Source: a virus
Lineage: Duplodnaviria > Caudoviricetes
Length of the DNA: 40,562 nt
Direction: 5' to 3' (one strand)
IMG/VR virus record: IMGVR_UViG_3300022852_000008
Span: 1 to 40,562 of that record
Part shown: in pieces, positions 7,906 through 15,420 of the stretch
Layout of the letters: the number at the start of each line of letters is the position of its first letter
Numbering within the stretch: position 1 is the first letter of the stretch
Notes under the pieces: model-generated
Seen by the model: the letters and a program-made list of their open reading frames with translations, nothing else
What the model was told of the DNA's origin: nothing
The model's database searches: none
Position numbers and translations under genes: made by a program

Positions 7906-8411
7906 GAACGTTCCTCGGCCCCCAAGTACCGAGGCCTGAGCTGGGCGCGCACAGCTTCCACAAGGTTGTCCTTGCAGTGGCCTTTTGTGTGGGCGCAAAT
8001 GTCCCCAAGCTCATCCAGCACGATTACTCGGAATGGACGGGCTTTATCTGCGGTAGGGGTGATGTAGGCGACTTGGTCGGTTTCCAGCACCGTATTCACG
8101 GATTCGAGTGCCTCCCTCATGGCGGCTGCTGCCTGCGACTCGGTACCAGAGTCAGCTCGGCCATTGGCCACGTCTTGCAGGAAGTCCCGCAACGCCAGGT
8201 ACTTCGCTGCATCGCGCCGTTTCAATGTGATCGAGCTATGTAGTGGCCCAAAGCGCACGCTGAGACGGTGAACCTCGTTGTCGTTCTCGACTTGAATCAC
8301 TGCATCGGTGGTGGTTTCCGGCCGTTGCAGTGGGCAAGTCGTGAAGCCGCCTTCGTCCAACGTTTTCTGAAGCAGCATCACGCGCTTCAAAGAGAGCGTG
8401 TAATCGGTCAT
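7902..8411 (-). CDS. Phage hypothetical protein
   Basis: ATGA overlaps at both ends within the leftward operon; start MTDYTL at 8411. Confidence 0.75.
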   Translation of the reverse strand: MTDYTLSLKRVMLLQKTLDEGGFTTCPLQRPETTTDAVIQVENDNEVHRLSVRFGPLHSSITLKRRDAAKYLALRDFLQDVANGRADSGTESQAAAAMREALESVNTVLETDQVAYITPTADKARPFRVIVLDELGDICAHTKGHCKDNLVEAVRAQLRPRYLGAEERS

Positions 8412-8578
8412 GCGGCACCCCCTGCGCATTGAGCGGGAATCGCTTGAGCTGTACCGAATTGGTTGATGATCACCTGCAGTCCGGTGCGGCGCTGGAATGC
8501 CAGAACCTTCTGCACACTGGTGCAAGCGGTGGGGTGAATCAGGACTGTGCCTGGCTGTTTGTACTGTGCTGATTTCAT
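8408..8578 (-). CDS. Small phage protein, first gene of the leftward operon
   Basis: VLIHPTAC...AFQRRTGL; AAGGA upstream; ATGA overlap with the next gene. Confidence 0.65.
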   Translation of the reverse strand: MKSAQYKQPGTVLIHPTACTSVQKVLAFQRRTGLQVIINQFGTAQAIPAQCAGGAA

Positions 8579-8617
8579 GGTCCGTGTCCTTTGAGTGAGA
8601 GGTGACACGGGTCGAAA

Positions 8618-8656
8618 TTAGCAAAAGCTAAAATTTACATCAATAGCAATTGCTAA
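8618..8656. promoter_or_regulatory. Left operator region (two repressor-type palindromes)
   Basis: TTAGCAAAAGCTAA (8618) and ATAGCAATTGCTAA (8643) in AT-rich DNA upstream of the leftward operon. Confidence 0.75.
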
Positions 8657-8715
8657 ATTATTTTGGCGTGGCAGTACCTGCCTGATGGCCGGTAGCTGCG
8701 AACGGGGAAGGGGGG

Positions 8716-9420
8716 TTACAGCTTTTTAGCGTTCCAGGCGAGCAGCACGCGAGCCTGAATGTGCATTCGATCAATCATGGACAGATCAATCGTAATCGGG
8801 GGGTAGATCGAGTTGTCCGAGATCATTCTGAGCTGCCCGCCAGTCAGCCGCTGGAGGCGCTTTATGTATAGGTCGCCGTCCAGTGTGAAGACATAGATCG
8901 CATCTGTTTTGACCTCTGTAATCCCACGGTCGACCAGCAGTGCATCACCGTCCGCGAACGTGCCAGTCATGCTGTCGCCGTTGCCGGAGATGATCGCCAG
9001 ATTGTCGACCTTTGAGAACGTTAGGCCCTGCATCCTCAGCCAGTCGAGGTGCACGGTCATGTCGCGTATCACTTCAATGTGCATATAGGGGGCTGCCTTG
9101 CCATGCCCCATTGATGCCGCGATGTCCAAGTGCGGTATCAGTATGAAGTTCTTGTCCTTGGCCGCTCGGGCCGAGAGGTGAACGACATTGTCCGGGGCTT
9201 TGTGGGTGGGGCTCTCCGATGGCGGAGAGGTAAGCATCCCTGCAGTAAGCCCGATCTTGAGCTCTAGATTGAGCGCAGCCTTTTCCCCCAGCTTCCGATG
9301 GCCGTTCAACAGTTGCGACAGATACGACGCGTCCAGGTCATGAGCCTCGGCGAATTCCTTCTGGCTCATGGTCCCCATGATCTTGCGGAGGGAGGCGATA
9401 CGCCTTTCGTTGATATCCAT
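8716..9420 (-). CDS. cI: CI-like repressor (HTH plus S24 autoprotease)
   Basis: SQKEFAE...SYLSQLLNGHR HTH; GDSM and IKRLQ Ser/Lys dyad; divergent from cro. Confidence 0.92.
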   Translation of the reverse strand: MDINERRIASLRKIMGTMSQKEFAEAHDLDASYLSQLLNGHRKLGEKAALNLELKIGLTAGMLTSPPSESPTHKAPDNVVHLSARAAKDKNFILIPHLDIAASMGHGKAAPYMHIEVIRDMTVHLDWLRMQGLTFSKVDNLAIISGNGDSMTGTFADGDALLVDRGITEVKTDAIYVFTLDGDLYIKRLQRLTGGQLRMISDNSIYPPITIDLSMIDRMHIQARVLLAWNAKKL

Positions 9421-9440
9421 GTGGTGATGATTGCTTTCCG

Positions 9441-9496
9441 TTAGCAAACAGTAAATTACAAGATGCTATTGTTTTGCCGATTAGCAATTGCTAATC
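9441..9496. promoter_or_regulatory. Right operator region (three sites) between cI and cro
   Basis: TTAGCAAACAGTAA (9441), TTACAAGATGCTAT (9456), and perfect 18-bp palindrome GATTAGCAATTGCTAATC (9479..9496). Confidence 0.8.
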
Positions 9497-9517
9497 TCGC
9501 CATCCATGGAGGTGTCT

Positions 9518-9742
9518 ATGACGCTTAGCGAGTACCTGAAAACGATGGACAAGGAAGGGCTGGCAGCCTTTGCCCGCCACTGCGGAACGTCTGCCGGTCA
9601 GTTGAAGCAGGTGGCTTACGGAAACCGTCGTGCGAGCGCCGGCCTGGCTGTAAGCCTTGACCGAGAAACGGGCGGAGCTATCCGTTGTGAAGAGATGCGG
9701 CCTGATATCGACTGGGCCTATTTGAGAAACACCAGAAATTAA
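9518..9742 (+). CDS. cro: Cro/YdaS-like HTH regulator
   Basis: FARHCGTSAGQLKQVAYG...TGG...MRPDIDW; GGAGG RBS. Confidence 0.85.
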   Translation: MTLSEYLKTMDKEGLAAFARHCGTSAGQLKQVAYGNRRASAGLAVSLDRETGGAIRCEEMRPDIDWAYLRNTRN

Positions 9743-9871
9743 GGTGCTGGACCGGGGCCTCTCACCTCCCCAGTCCAGCGACGACGACGCACAGCACAGT
9801 ACATCGGTCGTGGTTGTAGGATAGGTCCTACCTGTTCCTGTGACTACACCGTAAATCGAGGTTTTACGGTT

Positions 9872-10360
9872 ATGAGTCGCATTGATCTTTTGCCGGGCGC
9901 TGGCCCGGTGCTCACCTTGCGGCAGGCGCTCTATCGCGCAGGTCGTGACTATCGCGGTGGTATCACTAAGCTGGCCTTCGACATGGGGCTTGAGGTCGAC
10001 ACGCTGCAGAAGAAGCTTCACCACAATGAAGATCGCCGCTGGCCGACCCCGGACGAGCTGGAAGAGATCGTGCAGTGGACTGCCGACCCTCGCTTGCTTG
10101 ACGCCCTGGTTCGTCCAGCAGGAGCTGTTTGGTATCGCCCTGAGCCAGTCCCGGCTACCAATGATGCCTTGAAGGCTGTCGGTAAGTTGCTTGAAGAGTC
10201 GGGCGAGTTTGTCTGCAGCTTGCACGATGGCGCGTCCGACAACGTCTGGACTGCGGTGGAGGTTCTGGACCTGGAGCAGCGGGGGCTGGATGTTATCCGC
10301 CAGGTGCTTTCCATCATGGCGGGTGCACGCCAAGCCATGGAGGACCGCTGCCATGGCTGA
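9872..10360 (+). CDS. Phage regulatory protein, CII family
   Basis: GGITKLAFDMG...TLQKKL; position after cro. Confidence 0.75.
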   Translation: MSRIDLLPGAGPVLTLRQALYRAGRDYRGGITKLAFDMGLEVDTLQKKLHHNEDRRWPTPDELEEIVQWTADPRLLDALVRPAGAVWYRPEPVPATNDALKAVGKLLEESGEFVCSLHDGASDNVWTAVEVLDLEQRGLDVIRQVLSIMAGARQAMEDRCHG

Positions 10361-10556
10361 TGCAGCTGACCTGGCCAATGATCAGGCCGAATACTTCCTC
10401 CGGCTTTCTCTCCTGCGCCATGCCCGGGGCGCCGCTAAGCCAAGCGCTCAGTATTGCGTGGACTGCGATGATGCGATTCCGCTAGCCCGCCAGCGGTCTG
10501 TTGCTGGCTGCCAAACCTGTGTGGATTGCCAAGAGCTGCGGGAGCGCCGCAGATGA
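10353..10556 (+). CDS. TraR/DksA C4 zinc-finger protein
   Basis: MADAADLA; CVDC...IPLARQ...CQTCVDCQ. Confidence 0.9.
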   Translation: MADAADLANDQAEYFLRLSLLRHARGAAKPSAQYCVDCDDAIPLARQRSVAGCQTCVDCQELRERRR

Positions 10557-13315
10557 GCGAGCGCCCAACTCCTACCACAGCTGATTGGGCGCGGCGCTAC
10601 ATTCAAACCTTCAATCTCGCCTTGGTTCCTATGGAGCCAGGCACGAAGGGGCCGACGCAAGAAGGCTGGAATAAGCCCGGCGGCTATTTCACTGATGTCG
10701 CAAGCGCCGACCAGTTTTGGACCGCAAATCCGAGTCATAACCTAGGCGTTGTACTTGGTCCGAGCCGTGCCTGCTCCCTTGATGTTGACGATGCAGAGTT
10801 CACCCGCTTGGTGCTGCAGCAGACGCATGGCATCGACGTTGATGCGCTCGCGGAGTCATACCCTACCTCTGTGGGTAATCCTGCACGATTCCGCATCATG
10901 TTCCGCGTTCCTGATGGCGTGGATCTGAGGAAGCATGCGCTGGTTTGGCCGAACAAGAATGACCCCGACGGCATTATTCACAAGGGGCTGATGGTTCAAA
11001 TAAGGGCTGCAGTCGATGCAAAAGATGAAGCCAGGGAGGCGGCACTCCGCATGGCTGCTGAGCCATTCAAAAAGCTCACCGTGTTCGAGCTTCGCGCTGG
11101 CCTAGTGCAGGACGTATTGCCTCCGTCGATCCACCCGAGTACTGGCAAGCCGTACACCTGGCGTAAGGCGCCGGACGCTAACGGTTTGCCTGACCTGCCT
11201 GGGGAGCTGCTGGCAATCTGGCAGGGTTGGGAAGAGTTCAAGCCGAATGGCGAGGCGTTGTGCCCTTGGAGGCCGCAGCCGGCTGTTCCAGTGAGCAGAC
11301 CTGCTGTCACTCCCCGGCCCACAGCAGCACGTTCTGGAGAGCCTCTGCCCGAGGTCATTCCTGAGTTCAACCGAACCCACGACATCGCCACGATGATCGA
11401 GGCGCATGGCTACAAGCGGGTTGGCAGCAAGTGGTTGTGCCCGCAGAGCAGCTCGGGGCTTCCTGGTGTGACCATTACCAACGATAAAAAGCTGTACTCG
11501 CACCACACGTCAGACCCGCTGGCTAACGGACACAAGAACGATGCGTTCGATGTGTTCTGCATCTTGATGCACAACGATGACAGGCGGGCAGCGACCCGAG
11601 CGGCTGCGCAGATCCTGGGCATTGACGCCAACTCACGACAGCCTGCTCCGCCACCGCTGGGCGAGCTTCCCCGTGCCCCAACGGTGGCAGAGCCGGCCAA
11701 AGAACCTTCAGCTGTCGAGGGCAGTACCGAGCGCTTTCCCCAAGCTTCGAACAGTGAACCAGCCAGCTCGGCCGCCTCCTCGCTCGTCGGGGGGGAGGGG
11801 GGAAGTGCAATGGATATTGCCACCGCAATGCGCCGCTTCGCCCTGGTCGAGGGGACCACAAACGTATGGGACATGGACAAGGCAAAGCCTATGAAGCGTG
11901 GCGGCTTCGAGGCTCTAGTAGGCAAGCCACTCGCTAAAGAGTGGATGGAGCGTACGGACAAGAAGCTGATCGCTACCGAGCAGGCCCAAGAGCTTGATCA
12001 GGCCCGCCGGCTGTCAGCCAAGAAAGGTGGGGCGCTGAAGCTAGATCCTATCGAGCGATATGTGTACATCGATGGGACCAAGGACGTTTGGGACCGAGAG
12101 AAGAAACGCCGTATCGCCGAAGGCGCCGTGAAAATGGCCATGGGGGAAGAGTACAAGTGGTGGCTCAATAGTCAGGATCGCCGCGTAGTGGACGTGGACC
12201 ACATCGTGTTCGATCCCACCATGACCAAAGATCCCAACATCTACATCAACACTTTCGAGGGGCTACCCCTGGAGCCGGTGCGTGATGACGCTGCCTGCGA
12301 GAATCTGCGGTGGTTGATTTCGTTCCTCTGTAACCATGACGGGGATGCGCTGGCTTGGCTGACGAAGTGGTTGGCGTATCCGCTGCAGAACATGGGGGCC
12401 AAGATGGACACAGCGGTGCTTATGCACTCGATCATGGAGGGCTCGGGCAAGAGTCTGCTGTTCGCTGATATTTTCGGTCAGCTGTACGGACAGTACGCCG
12501 CGACTGTTGGCCAAACGCAGTTGGAAGGTAGCTTCAACGCCTGGCAAAGTCGCAAGTTGTGGGCTGTGTTCGAGGAGGTCGTTAGCCGTGACCAGCGGTA
12601 CAACCAGGTGGGCAAAATCAAACACATGATCACTGGCAAGACGGTGCGGATGGAATCGAAGTTCATCAATGGTTGGGAAGAAGCCAACCACATGAATGCG
12701 GTCTTCCTGAGCAACGAAATCATGCCGTGGCCTATCAGCGATGATGATCGCCGGATGCTGGTGATGTGGCCCCTGCAAACACTGCCGGTGGAACGGCAGA
12801 AGGCTATTGGTCGGGAGTTGGTCAACGGAGGGGTGGCGGCTCTGTACGGTTGGCTGCTCGCGGTGGATCTCGGCGATTTCAACCAGCGCACCCGACCTCC
12901 TAAGACCGAGGCGCGCCAACGTTTGGTCGCGCTTAGCCGAACGGCATGGCAAACTTTCCTGCACCTTTGGCGAACTGGAGAGCTTGGCGGAGGTCTTTGG
13001 GGATGCTGTTTGGCCACAGATCTGTATGCTCTGTTCATTGAGTGGTGCTCGCGTAACAAAGAGCACTCCATGAGTCAGACCAAGTTCTCGTTGATGCTCA
13101 GCGCAACAGTGCAGAAGACGCGCTCAATCCCTTGGACGGAGCGTAACAACCGTCGCTTTGCGGCGTTCTTCTTCCCTGATGATCCCGAAGCTTCCCTGCC
13201 CCCATCGTTCAATGCGGCCGAGCTGGGGCAAACCGTAATCACCTGGCGCAGCAAGGCGAAACTTGCAGGGTGGAACGTCGATGCTTGGGAACACGTGAAG
13301 GGGGTGGCGGCATGA
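10553..13315 (+). CDS. Bifunctional primase/polymerase fused to a D5/SF3-like helicase
   Basis: N-terminal KGP..GW, NLGV, LDVD, LPPSIHP..G..Y.W; C-terminal EGSGKS Walker A, VFEE, FLSN, DRR. Confidence 0.88.
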   Translation: MSERPTPTTADWARRYIQTFNLALVPMEPGTKGPTQEGWNKPGGYFTDVASADQFWTANPSHNLGVVLGPSRACSLDVDDAEFTRLVLQQTHGIDVDALAESYPTSVGNPARFRIMFRVPDGVDLRKHALVWPNKNDPDGIIHKGLMVQIRAAVDAKDEAREAALRMAAEPFKKLTVFELRAGLVQDVLPPSIHPSTGKPYTWRKAPDANGLPDLPGELLAIWQGWEEFKPNGEALCPWRPQPAVPVSRPAVTPRPTAARSGEPLPEVIPEFNRTHDIATMIEAHGYKRVGSKWLCPQSSSGLPGVTITNDKKLYSHHTSDPLANGHKNDAFDVFCILMHNDDRRAATRAAAQILGIDANSRQPAPPPLGELPRAPTVAEPAKEPSAVEGSTERFPQASNSEPASSAASSLVGGEGGSAMDIATAMRRFALVEGTTNVWDMDKAKPMKRGGFEALVGKPLAKEWMERTDKKLIATEQAQELDQARRLSAKKGGALKLDPIERYVYIDGTKDVWDREKKRRIAEGAVKMAMGEEYKWWLNSQDRRVVDVDHIVFDPTMTKDPNIYINTFEGLPLEPVRDDAACENLRWLISFLCNHDGDALAWLTKWLAYPLQNMGAKMDTAVLMHSIMEGSGKSLLFADIFGQLYGQYAATVGQTQLEGSFNAWQSRKLWAVFEEVVSRDQRYNQVGKIKHMITGKTVRMESKFINGWEEANHMNAVFLSNEIMPWPISDDDRRMLVMWPLQTLPVERQKAIGRELVNGGVAALYGWLLAVDLGDFNQRTRPPKTEARQRLVALSRTAWQTFLHLWRTGELGGGLWGCCLATDLYALFIEWCSRNKEHSMSQTKFSLMLSATVQKTRSIPWTERNNRRFAAFFFPDDPEASLPPSFNAAELGQTVITWRSKAKLAGWNVDAWEHVKGVAA

Positions 13316-13329
13316 AGCCGAGAGCCACC

Positions 13330-13619
13330 GTGTTGGGTGTGTTGGGTTTGTGTTGGGTAGGTTTGAGTAACCCAACACACATAGAGCCCCCGTATTTCAA
13401 GGCTTCCCGTGCCCCTGTGTTGGGTGTGTTGGGTTTGCGCGCACGTGCGCGCGTGCGTGAAATATTTTTCTCAATCCAAAGCCCCTACAAAAAAACCTAT
13501 GCGAGGACTAAAAAACCCAACAAACCCAACACACTCAACACACATATTGATAAAGCATTGAATCTATTGGGTTTTAGCTGTGTTGGGTTTGTGTTGGGTT
13601 GCTGTTTATTGTGTTGGGT
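13330..13619. repeat. GTGTTGGGT repeat array, candidate replication origin
   Basis: GTGTTGGGT at 13330, 13339, 13350, 13417, 13426, 13580, 13591, 13611; inverted ACCCAACAC at 13370 and 13524; 16-bp palindrome at 13437..13452; AT-rich core. Confidence 0.8.
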
Positions 13620-13643
13620 TAGGGAATTTGGGGGCACACACTC

Positions 13644-14123
13644 ATGAATGACGAAGCGGAGCGCCTACAAATGGTTGAAGCCCTGATGCGGCATTGGGGA
13701 GAGCAGCGGGCACTCCTCGGCCATCAGGCCGGATTGGGCAGTCAAATGGGCAGCATCATGGAGTGGAAGGGCGCAGCTCCGCGCGGTGGAGTTGCTGGGG
13801 CGAGAGTGCTCATTGGTGGTGCGGGCTTGGATCATTCGGCGGCGGAGATCGATGCGGCTGTTGCGGAGTTGGAGCGTCGCGACGAACGCGGGGCAACCCT
13901 GGCGAAACTGGCCACTTACCGGTATCTGCATGGGGCAACAATCCGTGAGCAAATGCGCGAGGTCGGGCTGCTAGAGGGTGCCGACCGGACCTACCGGAAC
14001 TGGATCAAAGCACTGCATCTGCAGGTGCTGGCGATCCTGATGACTCGATCCGGGCCTAACAGACGACATACCGTTCGTCGGTTCTCAATGCGCCGAGTAT
14101 GCGCCGAAGGTGCGCCGAAGTAG
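13644..14123 (+). CDS. Putative late-gene regulator (Q-like position)
   Basis: LMRHWG N-terminus and C-terminal HTH-like segment; lies between replication and holin genes. Confidence 0.6.
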   Translation: MNDEAERLQMVEALMRHWGEQRALLGHQAGLGSQMGSIMEWKGAAPRGGVAGARVLIGGAGLDHSAAEIDAAVAELERRDERGATLAKLATYRYLHGATIREQMREVGLLEGADRTYRNWIKALHLQVLAILMTRSGPNRRHTVRRFSMRRVCAEGAPK

Positions 14124-14265
14124 CGCCGAAGCGGCGAACCGAAAACAGGCTCTTTTCGGTTTTTCCGATGGCATGTACAAAGGCGTCAGGATATCAAAAG
14201 TGCGCTTAGGCGCTCCCCCACAAGCACTGCGCTGTGCAACCCGCTCCGACCTGTCGGCGCATCGA

Positions 14266-14291
14266 GAACCCTGCCATCTGGCGGGGTTTTC
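14266..14291 (+). terminator. Hairpin plus T-tract upstream of the holin
   Basis: AACCCTGCC-ATCT-GGCGGGGTTTT. Confidence 0.55.
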
Positions 14292-14326
14292 TATTTCCGG
14301 CGCCGTGCCTTGCCAATGAGGCTTAC

Positions 14327-14674
14327 ATGAACAGCGAGCAACAAACGTTAGCCGAACTGCCGATCTGGATGGTGATTGTGCTGTCCCTGGTCGGTGGTGT
14401 TTCGGGAGAGATGTGGCGGGCGGATATGGCGGGTGCTCGCGGTTGGGGGTTGATTCGCCGGTTAGCGTTGCGGTCTGGTGCCTGCGTCACCTGCGGGCTT
14501 TCGACCAACATGTTGCTGTACGCCCTCGGCGTTTCGGTATGGGCGGCGGCAGCGGTTGGTTGTTTGGCTGCGATGGCTGGCGCCGATGTCGCTATCAACC
14601 TTTACATGCGCTGGGCCGCGAAGCGCCTCGGGCTGGAGCAGGCGCCGCCCCAGACCGGCGAGCCGGGGCAGTGA
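14327..14674 (+). CDS. Phage holin
   Basis: 115 aa with about three hydrophobic helices; GGVSGEMWRAD; GAGG RBS. Confidence 0.8.
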   Translation: MNSEQQTLAELPIWMVIVLSLVGGVSGEMWRADMAGARGWGLIRRLALRSGACVTCGLSTNMLLYALGVSVWAAAAVGCLAAMAGADVAINLYMRWAAKRLGLEQAPPQTGEPGQ

Positions 14675-14834
14675 CCCGGCCGGCAGCCCCGGCAGGGCGG
14701 GGGACCCTGGCGATATGGCCGGGGTACGGGGCAGGAAACCCGCGGTTCTTTGTTAGCGGGAGGTTCACCAGCTTAGTGAACTGCGGTGAACTGGTTAACC
14801 CCCTGAATTCATTGGGTGAACTGGACGTTTCGAC

Positions 14835-15416
14835 ATGACGCAGCTGACGAAATCGGAGTTCGCCGCCCGGCACGGATGGTCGAAATCCTACGTTTCCAAA
14901 CTGGCCAAGCAGGATCGCCTGGTGCTGACCGATGACGGCAAGGTCGATGTCGAAGCCACGGAGTTGCTGCTGGCCGAGTCCGCTGATCCGAGCAAGGCGG
15001 CTGTTGCTGCCCGCCACGAGGAGAGCCGCATCGAACGTGACGTTCGAAGTCAGCTTCAGCCCGGCCCCGGCCCATCGACGGTATCACAGCCGGATCTGGC
15101 GCCCGGCGGTGCTCACAACTTCCAGAAAGCGAAGGCGCATCGCGAGTATTACCTCGCCCAACTGGCCGAGGCCGAGTTCAACAAAGTCCAGGGCAACCTG
15201 GTGGAGCGGAAAGCGGTGGAAGACGCGGCCTATGCGGCGGGCAGGATGCTTCGTGACCAGTTCTTCGGGCTTGCGCCTCAACTCGCTGCCGAGCTGGTAG
15301 GGAAGAGTGACCCATGGGATATCGAGAAGCACCTCGCCAGCGCCTTCCGCCGAGTCTTCACCGAGGTCGACAAGATGAGCAGCATCGACCTCGACCGAGC
15401 GATCACACAGAGCTGA
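14835..15416 (+). CDS. terS: Terminase small subunit
   Basis: N-terminal wHTH-like KSEFAARHGWSKSYVSKL; directly upstream of terL. Confidence 0.85.
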   Translation: MTQLTKSEFAARHGWSKSYVSKLAKQDRLVLTDDGKVDVEATELLLAESADPSKAAVAARHEESRIERDVRSQLQPGPGPSTVSQPDLAPGGAHNFQKAKAHREYYLAQLAEAEFNKVQGNLVERKAVEDAAYAAGRMLRDQFFGLAPQLAAELVGKSDPWDIEKHLASAFRRVFTEVDKMSSIDLDRAITQS

Positions 15417-15420
15417 GCCT

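Noticed and set aside
8412-8624. N-terminal extension of the 240-aa ORF
   Set aside because: Overlaps the 8408..8578 gene and an operator; the ATGA overlap supports a start at 8411.
9491-10378. 295-aa minus-strand ORF across cro and cII
   Set aside because: Antisense shadow with no motifs and no coupling to neighbouring genes.
13330-13619. CRISPR-like array
   Set aside because: The 9-bp units are irregularly spaced and in both orientations; no spacers and no cas genes.
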